Assembly (NCBI RefSeq): GCF_009914755.1
Contig: NC_060926.1
Source: the human T2T-CHM13v2.0 reference genome, Homo sapiens
Length of the DNA stretch: 64,000 nucleotides
Direction: 5' to 3' (one strand)
Below, piece by piece: positions 1 through 13,180 of the stretch. Below the pieces are notes generated by a model. It searched no databases. It was not told the DNA's origin and saw nothing but the letters and a program-made list of their open reading frames with translations. Position 1 is the stretch's first letter; every line of letters starts with the position of its first letter. The position numbers and the translations under genes are program-made.

Positions 1-59
1 CTTTTAAAGGGGTTTTCTTCTTCAGTGTCTGGTAACACCTCTACTCTCAAATCTCTTTA

Positions 60-197
60 TTTCTCAATATATTAGTAACTTGTGGTTCCCATGTGATTTC
101 CCCACACTTTCATAAATAGTTTTTTTTATTAAAGTTTCCTTGAATTATCTTAATTTGAGAGTGCCAATGGTTTTCTATAGTGACAATGGCAGATAAA
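60..197 (+). mobile_element. 3' end of an old ERVL-type LTR (LTR33/LTR16-like), truncated
   Basis: 'ttattaaagtttccttgaattatcttaatttgagagtgccaatggttttct' resembles the conserved 3' terminus of these LTRs; highly diverged. Confidence 0.35.
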
Positions 198-2729
198 ACT
201 GCTGAAAGTAAAATCTGGTAAAAGCCCACAATGAGATGTGGGACATAGAGCAATGAGGCATCAGAATAAACTGAAGAATAGTATTAGTTTCAAAATTATT
301 TAATAAAATATAGGAATATTGAATCAACAGATATTTTATTGTAATTATGTTCTGAGATCATACATGTACTATTTGTTTGATTCTACAGGGTAAATTCTGT
401 TAATATAATTAATTCTACTCCATTTGTTATAATGAATGAAGAGAAACGTGATCATTTAAATGAATATCAACAGTCATTCAATTAATTATCATTAAATAAA
501 AACTTTTTAATAAAATGCAAATAGCAGAAAGGAGCAGTTTCAGTGTTAATTACAGTAACAGTTTAGGCATTATTTATTTTGTACCCAATTAAATATGGTG
601 GAATAATATTTTTTTACTTTCTGTGTTTTTTGATATTATATTTTATATTTTTATATATAATTTTTATATTATTAAGTTTAGTAATATAAAAATTAAATAT
701 TAACTGCATGTCACAATGAGTCAAAGTTACAATCACAAGTAAATAACACATACCCAAAAAGTTTTAGTTTTAATTTACTCTGAAATGACAAACAGCATAT
801 ACAATTCACATAAAATTTTATTTAAGATCCATTTTAAATCAAGTTTAATGTTCTCCCTGGAATTTATTATGAAACATCAATTATTTATTCATTGAATATA
901 CATTCACTGAATATAAATTTTCATTTGGAGACAAGGGTTTGGTACTTATTTAATGTTGCTGATGCTTATAAATAAAATGCAAGTAACAAATTTATAAACT
1001 TGTGTATTTTTATTTAAAAGATTGATTTTGTGCTTAACTGAGCATGAAATATGTATATACATAAATATACATACTCAGATATAATATTAGCCATCTGTTA
1101 TTAATATAAATTATATTATTTTAAGTAATAACCTAAATAGATCTTGGTAAGTTCCCATTTTTATTCTTCAAATTATAATTTTCTAAAAAGATTCAAAAAT
1201 CAATTTATCATTTATTAAAATACCTTCGAAAGACTCTTGTTTGTGAGAAAGTTAACTGTATACAATATTAAAAAGAAACATTTTGTCTTTTATAGACAAA
1301 ATTCCATTCATCAATGCACTTTACTAAAATAGGTACATGCAAGTACTCTAATCCAAACTTAACATTGAAAACAATGCCATTTATGATAGCATGAAAAATT
1401 AAACACTTAGAAATAAATTTAACAAAGTAAATGAAAGATGTGTACATTTAAAACTATAAAACATTGATGAAGGAAATTGAAGAAGATACAAATAAATGGA
1501 AAGATATTATCTGCCCATGGGTTGAAATAATTGAGATTGTTAAAAATCCATCTATCCAAAGTCATCTATAGACTGTATGTAATCCCTATCAAAGTTAAAC
1601 TAGCGTTTTTCATAGAAATTAACAATTTCAAAAGTTAAATGGGAAAAAAGGCCATGAATAGCCAAAACAATGTTGAGAAAAAAACACATATTTGGCTGAA
1701 TCACAGTTCTTGATTTAAAATAGGTTAATTAGTAATCAAAACAGCACAGTACTGGCATGAAGTAGGAATGTAAGTAAATGCAACATAATAGAGCACCCAG
1801 AAATAAACTCCAACATGTAAAGTCAACCAATTTTCAACAAGCCTACCAAGGGGACACAATGGGGAAAGAATAGTCTCTTCAATTAATGATGTTAGGAAAA
1901 CTGAATTTTCACATACAAAAGAATCAAATTGGGCCCATATCTTATGCCAACCCAAAAATCAGCTCAAAATGGATTAAATCCCTAAATGTAAGACCTGAAA
2001 CTGTAAAACTTCTAGAAGAAAACATGGGACAAGCTTTTTGACATTGGCCTTGGCAATAATGTTTTTAGATATCAAAAAAAATTTGAGCAACAAAAGCAAA
2101 AACAAACAAATGGGACTACAGCAAACTAAAAGAAATCCACATAACAAAGGAAAAAATTAACAAAACGAAAAGGTAACCTGTAAATTGGAAGCAAATATTT
2201 GCAAACCATAAATCTGACAAGGTGTTAATATCCAAAATATACAAGGAACTCAAACAGCTCAATACAAAAAACAACAAATAACTTGATTAAAAAATGGTCA
2301 AAAGACCCGAACAGACATTTCTCTGAAGAAATGCTTAACAGGTATATGATTAGATGCTCAGTCTCACTAATCATCTGGAAATGCAAATCAAAACCACAAT
2401 GAGATATTACCTCCCACCTTTTAGGATGGCAATCATGAAAAAGATAAGAGACCAATACCTTCTTTGGTCTCTTACCTGACAAGGTGTGGTGATAAGGACA
2501 CCTTTATGAGAATGCAAATTGGTACAGCCATTATGAAAAACAGTATGGAGGTTCCTACATAAAAAATAGAACTATCATATGACCCAGGAACCCCTCTGTT
2601 GGGGCTCCTCTCCCAAAATGAAATCAGCATCTCATAGCGATATCTGCACTCCCAGGATCATTACACCATTATTCACAATAGCCAAGATATGTAAACTAAG
2701 TGACCATCCATGGATGAATGGATAAAAAA

Positions 2730-2859
2730 TTATATATATCTATATAGATATAGTTATATATATAGTTATATAGTTATATATACATTTTAATATATATAGT
2801 TATTCCTTGATATATATAACTATATATAAATATAACTATATATATATACTTATTCCTTA
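2730..2859. repeat. (TA)n-rich low-complexity tract
   Basis: Direct inspection. Confidence 0.9.
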
Positions 2860-3095
2860 TAGTTATTCCTTGACATATGCAGGGGATTAGCTCTAGGAAC
2901 CCTGCATATACACAAATCCAGGCATAGTCAAGTCCCTCAGTTAACGCTGCAGAACTTGCAAATAAAACGTCAGCCCTCTGTATACATGAGTTTTGCATCT
3001 CATCAACACTGTATTTCAATTTGCATTTGGTTGAAAAACATACATGTAGAAGTAGATTCATTCAGTTCAGAACCATGTTGTTCAAGGGTCAATTG
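2860..3095 (+). mobile_element. MER8 (TcMar-Tigger MITE) inserted in the L1MA
   Basis: MER2-like start (ggggattagctctaggaaccc) and Tigger1-like end (aaccatgttgttcaagggtcaattg), ~236 bp, flanked by TA/TG microsatellites. Confidence 0.75.
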
Positions 3096-5413
3096 TGTGT
3101 GTATGTGTCTGTGTGTGTGTGTGTGTATATATGAATATCATAGGCTTGTGTGTATTATATATATAAGTATAAATATTATTTTTCAGCCTTGTTAAAGAAG
3201 GAGATACTGCCATTTACAACAATTAGATGGATCCTGAGTACCTTATGTTAAGTAAAATAAGCCAAACACACACACACAAAAAGACATAATCTCACTTATA
3301 TGTGGAATCTAGAAAAAAAAAATGTTGAACCAATAGAAACAGTAGAAAGGTGGTTACCAGAGGCAGGGAGCAGGAGGAAATGGGAGAGAAGTAGGTCAAA
3401 GTGTACACATTTGCAGTTATGTAGGATGCATAAGTCTAGAGATGTAATGCAACCATGAAGACTAGAGTTAATATTATTATATTGTATATTAAAGATCTAC
3501 TAAGAGAGAAGATTTTAGGCACTCACACAACAAAAAGTAACCATAGATGGTAGATATTTTAATGTGTTTGACTATAGTAATTATGTCACTTATGTATATG
3601 TCATAGTATGTTTGAAAACATCATGTTGTATGCCTTAAATGCACACAGTAAAAATAAACACTGAAAATAAATACTTCGATGAAGTTATTATCCTCTAGAC
3701 ATTTCAACTAATTACTTCATATTTTAGAGAACTGAATGTTCATTTCCTGAACTAATTAACTCATTGTTCTTTTGAACTTGAGCAAGGTGAAACAGAAAAA
3801 AATATGGATCTTCCATGCATGCATTTCTTGATTTTTTCCTGTGTTCTGAATGTCTTCTCGTGGTATCTGTTTTTCTTTGTCTGTACCCAGTATCAGTAGT
3901 ATATGGAAAAATGGTCTCTCATAGGCTCTATATACAGAGCAGCAACCTCTAGTAACATGCTTTTTAGAACGTTTTCTCTGAAATTGATTTTATGGGAGAA
4001 AACCAGTGAAGATTGCTATCTTTTTGAAATATTTCTAAAGATCCAATTTCTTCATTAAGTCAGAGAGAATCAAACTTACTTTAAAAGTCATAATTTTTTA
4101 ATCAATGAAGAGAATGCTTCAAGTTGACTCAGTTTGCCTTCACAGTATTTTCTAAATACATTTCTAATCTATGAAATATTATGTATAAGCTACATTAAGA
4201 GATTTAGCTTGTAATGAAAATTAGAATGTGATTCAGGCATAAAGGAAATCCACAACCTGGGATCTGATTTTAAATGCTTGTAATTAACTAGGATAATAAG
4301 TTGTAACATCGTTTATGTGAAAGTAGGTTATTTATAGAATACAATACAAAGCAGCAAACATAATACCTCATATAATAGAAATGCAGCTTATTGAAATTCC
4401 TAAGTAAAATTATTTGAAAGGAATGGCTTTTAAAATTATTAGAAACTATTAATCTATATCAACAAAATATGTTTCTTGAATCTACGAATACAATTAAATT
4501 GATTCAAAATGAAGTTGATTTTTTTAAGCAATTTGCATTTACTTACCACTTATTTCCAAGACAATTACTCCCAAAGAAAAAATTAAGTCGGTAGGTTTTA
4601 CATATCTCTAGTCTTGGGGTAAAACATGGACAAGTCTACAGGAAACTATTTGAGGATGATGTTATATTTTCTTTTGACAAATTCTAGGAAAATTTATTTT
4701 GCATACCCATACAATGTTGCTCTTTTGTTTAAATTACAAAAAAAAGAGTCAGCACTTTAATTTTCCTACATTATTAAGATTAATAAATCATAGCTTTAAT
4801 CCTTTATTAGACCTATATTATTCTTAAGGAGAAAGGAAGTACTTGTCCTGTTCTCCTTTTACTTAAATTCACTGAAATAAGGATCTTTTAATGAGAGTTT
4901 AAATTCAAAAAGCGAGGCTAAGCTTGACTCACTTGTAAATCTCTCTAGCATATAATTTATTTTATGTGGTTTGATTGTTTTTGCTAGCTATGATTAATTT
5001 GATTATAATCAAGTAATGATATTGAAAAATTGCTTTATTATTTTTAGTTTGGCTGTTTCAATGTGCCTATGTTCTGTAAAACAGTGAGCTTAAAACCACA
5101 GGCAATTCCTGGACTTCAGTGTCTTCTAATGAAAATACTTGCTAATAACTATTTCCTATATTCTTTTTCTGTTAGGACAGTGAGTAAGAATGTATGGTAA
5201 GTCACATTGTTTTTGAAACAGCATCTCACTCTGTAAATGCATCTTTAGTTTTCCTTACGCATCTATTTTTTCATTAATATGTTTATGTGGAATGACATTT
5301 TATATGCTGAATCTACTCTAATAAGGCATTTAAAATAATTTAGTTAGTTCTAGCAGATGGTTTTGATGCACTGGACATTTCCCAGCCCACGTAATTTAAG
5401 CACCTTATGTATC

Positions 5414-5781
5414 TGACATGGTTTGGTTCTGTGTCCCCACCCAAATCTTACGTCGACGTGTAATCCCCATGCGTTGAAGGAGGGTCCTGGTGGAAAATGA
5501 TTGGATCATGGGGGCAGATTCTCCCCTTGCTGTTCTCATGATAGTGAATGAGTTCTCATGATATCTGGTTGTTTAAAAGTGCATACCACTTCCGCCTTCT
5601 CTCCTGCCACCATGTGATGATGTGCTTGCTTCCCCTTCCACCATGATTATAAGTTTACTGAGGCCTCACAGCCATGCCTCCTGTACAGCCTTTTGAACTG
5701 TGAGTCAATTAAACCTCTTATTTTAATAAGCTACCCAGTCTCAGGTAGTTCTTTATAGCCATGTGAGAATGGACTAATACA
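5414..5781 (+). mobile_element. MSTA solo LTR (ERVL-MaLR)
   Basis: tgacatggtttggttctgtgtccccacccaaatct...ggactaataca; perfect 5-bp TSD GTATC (5409-5413 / 5782-5786). Confidence 0.9.
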
Positions 5782-5786
5782 GTATC

Positions 5787-6373
5787 ATACCCAGATTTTT
5801 AAAATGGTGCACAAAAGTACCACTGGCTAGTATTCACACCCTTGTGTAATTTCTTCCCTGTGTGTGTGCATTGAATGTAGTGACTCACATTTTAGAGAAC
5901 AGAAAACAACAGAGACGACAGATTGCCATATCTGTAATTAGGTTACAAAATACATTTTCTTCCATAATTTTTGCTGACTATCGTTTCCTTAGCTTGGATG
6001 CTTTGATGAAACCAACTGCAATGTTGAAAAGGCTCTCATGGCAAGAAACCAAGGAAATCCTGCAACTATCAGTCAGGTACAAATTGAGGCCTTTTGTTCA
6101 ATTACGCCTTTAGTTCAATTAGCTCACAAAGAACTGAACACTAACAACAGTCATGTGAGTCAGTTTAGAAGTGAGTCCTTCTCCATCTCAGCCTTAAAAC
6201 GACTGAGGCCCTTGTTGATGTCTTGAGCACGACTTTTCAGACTTTGAAGCAGATGGCCCAGGTAGGCTATGTCCAAATTCCTAGCCCACAGAAATGATAA
6301 AGTAAATTTGTGTTGTTTTAAAAGTCACTACGTTTTGAAATAATTTGTTATATAGCAATTGTTAATTTTTACA
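5787..6373 (+). mobile_element. MLT1E/F-like LTR (ERVL-MaLR)
   Basis: tattcacacccttgtgtaat; 3' end tgttgttttaaaagtcactacgttttgaaataatttgttatatagcaat. Confidence 0.7.
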
Positions 6374-6585
6374 GTACAGTTGACAGTTCCATGCACCACC
6401 AACTTCCTCAAGCTATAGGAAACCTCTAAGCTGCATGCAAATATATCCCAGAAGTATTTCCCTCAGCCAAATGTGTTTACTTGTGAATGGGCAAATGCCT
6501 CAGTCTTCTCATCCTCCTATGGGGCAATTTTGATGTATTGTTCTTTGTGACCTATCAGAAAGTCTACAATATGATTGAGTGTTCT
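6374..6585 (-). mobile_element. LTR16-like ERVL fragment (other part probably ~5345-5405)
   Basis: ggggcaattttgatgtattgttct...tgattgag resembles an LTR16 core; very diverged. Confidence 0.35.
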
Positions 6586-8228
6586 TTTCTCATATGCCAC
6601 AGATAAAGAAGATAACAGGACCTGGAGGAAATATGGTGTATTATGTTGCATGGAGTAAACAGGGTAACAAATAGCAATATAATCAATATTTTTGGATGGG
6701 ATCTTAACAGTCGCTGGTATCCTGTTGCAAAAAAAAAAAAGATAAATATATTATCAACTGTGGTTATTTAACACCATAGGTTTACTGAGGGCTATGCTCT
6801 GTGTAGCCAGGTAGGTTCTGCCATTGAATATGTTAGGAGATTAGGGTGGTTGTGACCGATGAGAATGGATATAAAGTAAGAGAATAATAAGCTTAACTTT
6901 TCATACTTTTATCTTAAGATATAGGCCATAACTCTGAATTTCTATGTCATTGTTTAAGTTATCTCTGGGCTTACGTAACCAGAGTCTTACAATTCATTAA
7001 AAACAAGCTTGGGGCTTGATTCTCAGGGTTACTACACTGTAACACCAGTAAACGTCATAACTTTCTAGGTGTCATATGAGAAAATGAGGATATTGAAAAG
7101 GAAAAAAAATGCCTCTTTGAAAAAAATCCCTAATAATTTCTTTAGCCACTATTCTTCATGTCTCTAAGCCTAGGAATGCCACATTATGTCAAGGAATCCA
7201 GCTAGAAACTTGCTAGCAGGAATCTAGATTTGCTTTTATTCAGACATCTTGCCTTTGCAAGTACTGCCATTCATGTATTTAGTGACTGTTTTATATAACT
7301 TTATGATATTGTACCCCCAAAAAGCATTGCAACATGAATCTCATTCACAGTGAAGGATGTAAGGCAATGGATTAATGTTTAGGATGCAATAGTTTTATTA
7401 TCTATCTCATCAGTCAGAAGCAGAAGATTTTCTTAAGCACTGGATGACCCAGTGTTTTAGCATAGTGTTGGGTGGAAGGCAATTCCTTATGAGTTGAAAT
7501 GCTGTCCTGAAGAATGAGACTATAAACCACTGAACTATAGCATAGGGTCTCCTAAATCTTTGAATTATGTTCACTTTTTTTTTCTTACTATCCTAACCAG
7601 TATAGTTCAACTATATAATTTAGAGTTTAAGAAAGAAATGTTTCCAGTAGGGGTAACAATTATGATATGTTTCAATGGATTCGATGACAAGATGGTCATT
7701 GGGTTATTTGAATTACTCACATCACAAGTAATGAAGCAAAAAGATTAGTTATGCATTTATTATTGAAGTGATTGACCCTAACAGAGTTATGCTTGTGAAG
7801 CTGGGGAAGGAAATGATATGGATGAAAATTTAGGCAACTTTTATGTTTCACCTTATATTAACACATTCATTAGAGTCTTCAGGAAACAATCATCAGATTC
7901 TTCTTCAAATCTACTCAGATAATACAAACAGGCTCAGATTCACTAAGAATAAATATTTAGGTCACTCTATTCCACAAAGAAATTTCAATCTTCTGAGGTT
8001 TTAAATGAGAATATGCAGAATATCAAGGATATGACAAGTATCTGCTATATCTAGATGGTCAATTTCAGACATGAGCACTATAGTCTTAACCCATATTCAC
8101 CATTTTCTGTGTCATTTATCTAGCCATGACATTTAACTAACTTATTTTCTCTTTGTTCCTATGCTCCCCCAATACACACACATACACCCCATTTCTATTG
8201 TGTATGTATGCTGTATTTTCATAGTTAA

Positions 8229-8528
<300 letters not shown>

Positions 8529-8780
8529 TAAATTTGCCTTTTATTTTCCCTACTGCTTACTAGTTACGTGACTTGGGAAAACTTATTTTGAGAAATGTTT
8601 TGTTCTTATGATAATCCTGAATCTTATTTTACAGATATAAATTCTGAATCTTATTTTACAGATAGAAATTCTCTCATTATAAGCATCACATTACAATGCA
8701 GAAGAAGCCAATGGACTAAGATTAAAATTGCAGAAAACACAATAGCAAGCAGAAGCTTGAAGACTATGTGTCCTATATGG

Positions 8781-8962
8781 CAGCGGTTGTCAAAGTGTGG
8801 TCCCCAAACAAGAGGGATTAGTGTCACAAGGGAAATTCTTAGTAATGCAAATTATTAGGCCACCAACCTAAAGTCAAAAACCATGGAGATGATGTCCATC
8901 AATATGTCTGCTAAAAAGTCCTCCAAGTAATTTTAATCTGTGTTAAAGTCTAAGAAGCACTG
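8781..8962. mobile_element. MER5A (hAT-Charlie MITE)
   Basis: TIRs cagcggttgtcaaagtgtggtcc ... aagtctaagaagcactg; internal ttagtaatgcaaatt; ~182 bp. Confidence 0.8.
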
Positions 8963-10060
8963 CCTTATAGGAAAGTGGAAAAAGTTTGTCTTAAGAAGAG
9001 CACAAAGAGTGAGTAAAACTCACAGCCCATTTTATTAATGTCACACAATGTAGTATGGTTGGAGTGTAGTTCATGAAGGGGGGCTTTCAGGAGATGAAGT
9101 TGGTAAAGAGGGAAGAACCAGATTTTAAGGGACAATGTAAGCCAAACAAAGGAAGCAGGATGGCAATATATAAACAGAGAGAAACTGTGAAGCTAGACAA
9201 ATCTCAGTTCAAGCCTTATCATTAGAACAGGTATTTTAACTTTCTGAATGTGTAAAAGTTAAGATCTTTCAGCTTAATATAAATAATTCTTCTCCAAGTA
9301 TAAATTAACAATTTGAGTTATTGTTCTATCCCATATGATCTGTAGCTATGTATAATCCAACTTATTTGTGTAATTACTAATCCATCTGAACTATTTTATT
9401 CAACTATATTTTGCTTGAAATACATTTTTCATTATTTTATTTATTTTAGGATATTTCTTGATTATGTCATTGACAGGTTTCTTTTAGAACTCTTAGATTT
9501 AATAAATTTATAATAGCTTTACGTTATATAGTTTTAAAATAGTTTCTCAATTTGTTTGAATGTTAAGAAGATTAATAAAATGTAATTTCTTCCTACTGAC
9601 TTATTCTCCAAAACATTCAGCTTAATTTTCCACTAATTTTATCTCTGTTTTGCTCTGCTGTAATCCTGGAATTAAGGAAAATAAAGTGTTAGCTAGTCAT
9701 TTCATGCATATCTAGTTTTCTGTTCCTTTTCTTTTTTATCAAGTAACTGGATTCAGCCTAGATTATTAGGCATTTCTTGTGGGAAAGAGGCGGCAAATTA
9801 TAGTCTGCCTTTCAGTTGCTTCTAATTTCATTAATACTCTCCATTGGTATAACAATCTGCAAATTTTGCTCAAGAAGGTGAGCTATAATTTCATGTCTGC
9901 ACTTATATTTTTCTATTTTTGTCTTTTAATATTAAAATTAATGTCATCTACTAAAACCGAAAGATCAACAAAAGAAAATAAATTGAGGAGTCTGCGTCCC
10001 ATCTTTTATCTGTGGGCTTACCTACATTGCAATATTTTATCAACTGTCTTCCTTGGTAAT

Positions 10061-10521
10061 CATGATGGGTAGTCTTATGTGTCAACTTGCCTGAGCTATT
10101 GTACCCAGTTATTTAATCAAACATGAATCTAGGTGCTGCAGTTAAGGTGCTCTGTTGTCATTGTTATATCTTCATTCAGCTGATTTTAAGTAAAGATTAA
10201 ATGCAATAATGTGGGCAGGCCTCATTCAGTCAGTTGAAGGCCTTAAAAGCAAAAACTCAGGTTTCCCTAAGAAGAAATTCTGCTCTGAGACCAGAGCATC
10301 AAATTCTGTCAAGTTTTCAGGCTGCCCTAATGATTTCAGACTTGGCAGGCCCCAAAATCATATGAGTCAGTTTCTTAAAATAAGTATCTCTCCCTCTCTG
10401 TATGTATGTATATATTCCTGCTTATTTATCTACCCATCTATCTATTGCTCTATCATCTGTCTATCTATCATCTATCTAATTTCCTATTTGTTCTGTTTCT
10501 CTAGAGAACTCTAATAATACA
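10061..10521 (+). mobile_element. MLT2 (MLT2D-like) solo LTR (ERVL)
   Basis: ttatgtgtcaacttg...cagtcagttgaaggcctt...ttctgtttctctagagaactctaataataca; TSD GTAAT on both sides; internal (TCTA)-like tract. Confidence 0.85.
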
Positions 10522-10557
10522 GTAATCTAACCATAGTGACTTCTATACAAATGTTTC

Positions 10558-11032
10558 TGTACCAGGTAGCTATTTATAAATTAATGTGCATTAAAACCAT
10601 TTCAAAATTAAGTGGTATAAAACAAAAGGCATTTAATGCCATGATCACACATCTGTCATTTTGCTGAGGTTGGTTTATTTATCTTGGCAGAGATCAGCTG
10701 GTGTGTCTCCAAGCTTTGTATTGGGTCCATGTATCATCTAATTGTGTCTACTTGGAGAAAATAACTACTTTGGCTTCTTTTCTTCTCATTTTAATGGCAG
10801 AAACATAACAGATAGCTGAACAGAAAATAAGATGGTTCTTATATCCTTGGCTTGAAAATGTGATACCATAACTTCCACCTCATTCTCTTAGCCAAAGTAA
10901 GTCACAGAGTGAAGCAAGACACCTAGAGAATGGAAAGGTCACTCTATGTCTAATGGAAGGAACTTCAGTCCCAAGGCAAATATGCAGAAACAGAGAGAGG
11001 TAAAAACTTGGAACAATAGTGCAGTCTATTAC
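10558..11032 (-). mobile_element. MLT1H-like LTR
   Basis: aaaattaagtggtataaaacaa; cattctcttagccaaagtaagtcaca; ends gcagtctattaca. Confidence 0.6.
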
Positions 11033-12106
11033 AGGTATCACAGCAAAATGCATTTGGATAATGTTAAGCTCTGTAACTGCCTTTTTAGAAAGAGTGACAA
11101 TTTATTTAGCATAGTAAGACACAAATCCTGTAAGAAACATAAATACTATTAACTTTATATAAAATAGAATTTCCCAGACATTGTTTTTAGAAAATATTTG
11201 TTAATATCCCACTGTACTTCTTGCTCTGCAGAAACCCTGTAGGAAACAATTGTTCTGCAATGCACACTCACAGTAAATTTGCTGTTTTAATAAGTTCTCA
11301 ACATCAAGCTTGTGAAGAAAACCAACAGGTATAGAATTTACAAACAAAACTTTGTTGCTCATAAAATCTGCACTGCAAGAAGAAAAAATAGAAAAGAAAC
11401 CATCACAATTTTTAACATGCCAAAATCACAGGTTTTTTTAATATCTAATTGTACTAAAATTGCTTTATTGTTAGCAGTGGAAGTGGGATCTCATTATGTG
11501 AAAGTAGGAAAGATAAGACCTTATAACTCTCAACAGAACAGGAGAAGGTATACCTTTTAGCTAAGAGTTATTAAACCTCAAAAAGCCTATTGCAAAGGAA
11601 CACTGATCATGCACATATGAAAGTGGCCACAATATTTGTCAGCTAAACTATTGAGAACAATAAGAGATGTGTGGACATTTGTCAAGGAAACAAAATATTT
11701 AAGTTCTATGCAGCGATCAGAAATTTCATCTAGGGGAGTAAAATGTTAAATATATTTGTTAGCTGAGATATTTCAACCATTAGAATACATATGATGAACT
11801 TTTATTGATTATACAAAGGCTAATATTTTCATCAAACTTTAAGTACTAAAGTTATAAGTTGCAGGATATGAACTTAACATGCAAACAGCACAGCAAAAGA
11901 AACTATCAACACGGTTGGTATGGTTTGGCTGTGTCCCCACCCAAATCTCTTCTTAAATTACAACTACCACAATTTCCATGTGTCCTGGGAGGAAACAAGT
12001 GGGAGGTAATTGAATCACTGATTGCGGGGGGTGGGGGGTTGGGGGGATGGGGGCTCTTTCCCGTGCTCTCATGATAGTGATTAAGTCTCATGATATCTGA
12101 TGGTTT

Positions 12107-12217
12107 ATTTATTTATTTATTTATTTTTATTATTATTTTTTTTTTATGGAGTCTTGCTCTGTCGCCCAGGCTGGAGTGCAGTGGTGTGATCTCGGCTCAC
12201 TGCAAGCTCCACCTTCG
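12107..12217 (-). mobile_element. Severely 5'-truncated AluY in the THE1B 5' LTR
   Basis: AluY-type 'tgcaagctcc'; (TTTA)n tail; TSD gatatctgatggttt / gacatctgatgattt. Confidence 0.85.
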
Positions 12218-12860
12218 GACATCTGATGATTTGAAAAACAAGTTTCCCTGGACAAGCTCTCTCTCTTTGCCTGCTCCATCCATTTAAGACGTGACTCACT
12301 CCTCCTTGCCTTCCACCATGATTGTGAGGCTTCCCCAGCCATATGGAACCGTAAGTCCATTAAACCTCCTTCTTTGGTCAATTGCCCAGTCTTGAGTATG
12401 TCTTTATCAGCAGCATGAAAATAGACTAATATAGTAAATTGGTACCAGTAGAGTGGGCCACTGCTGAAAAGATACCTGAAAATGTGGAAGCAACTTTGGA
12501 ACTGGTAACAGGCAGAGGTAGGAACAGTTTGGGGGGCTCAGAAAAAGACAGGAAAATCTGAGAAAGTTTGGAACCCCCAGAGACTTGTTGAATGGCTTTG
12601 ACCAAAATGCTGATAATGGTATAGACAATGAAATCCAGGCTGAGGTGGTCTCAGATGGAGATGAGGAACTTGTTGGGAACTGGAGTAAAGGTGACACTTG
12701 TTATGTTTTAGCAAAAAGACCTGTGGCATTTTGCCCCTGCCCTAGAGATTTGTGGAACTTTGAACTTGAGAGAGATGATTTAGGGTATCTGAAAGAAGAA
12801 ATATCTAAGCAGTGAAGCATTCAAGAGGTGACTTGGGTGCTGTTAATGGCATTCAGTTTT

Positions 12861-13180
12861 TTTGTTTTTGTTTTTTGTTTTGTTTTGTTTTGTTTTTTTG
12901 AGAGGGAGTCTCACTCTGTTGCCCAGGGTGGAGTGCAGTGGCCTGATCCCAGCTCACTGCAACTTCTGCCTCCCAGATTCAAGTGCTTCTCCGGCCTCAG
13001 CCTCCTGAGTAGCTGGGACTACAGGCACCTGCCACCATACCTGGCCCATTTTTGTATTTTTAGTAGAGACGGGGTTTCACCATATTGGCCAGGCTGGTCT
13101 AAACTCCTGACCTCAGGTGATCCATCCACCTCGGCCTCCCAAAGTGCTGGGATTATAGTCATGAGCCACCATGCCTGGCC
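12861..13180 (-). mobile_element. AluSx-type in the THE1B internal region
   Basis: Full Alu with 'gacctcaggtgatcc'; perfect 13-bp TSD ggcattcagtttt. Confidence 0.93.

Larger units (their letters stand above)
1365..3670 (+). mobile_element. 5'-truncated L1MA-type LINE-1 (3' ORF2 + 3'UTR, L1MA7/8-like), decayed
   Basis: ORF2 landmarks (aaataaatggaaagatatt, gaaatgcaaatcaaaaccacaatgagatatt) and L1MA 3'UTR (gtaggatgcataagtctagagatgtaatg...catgttgtatgccttaaat); many stops. Confidence 0.85.
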
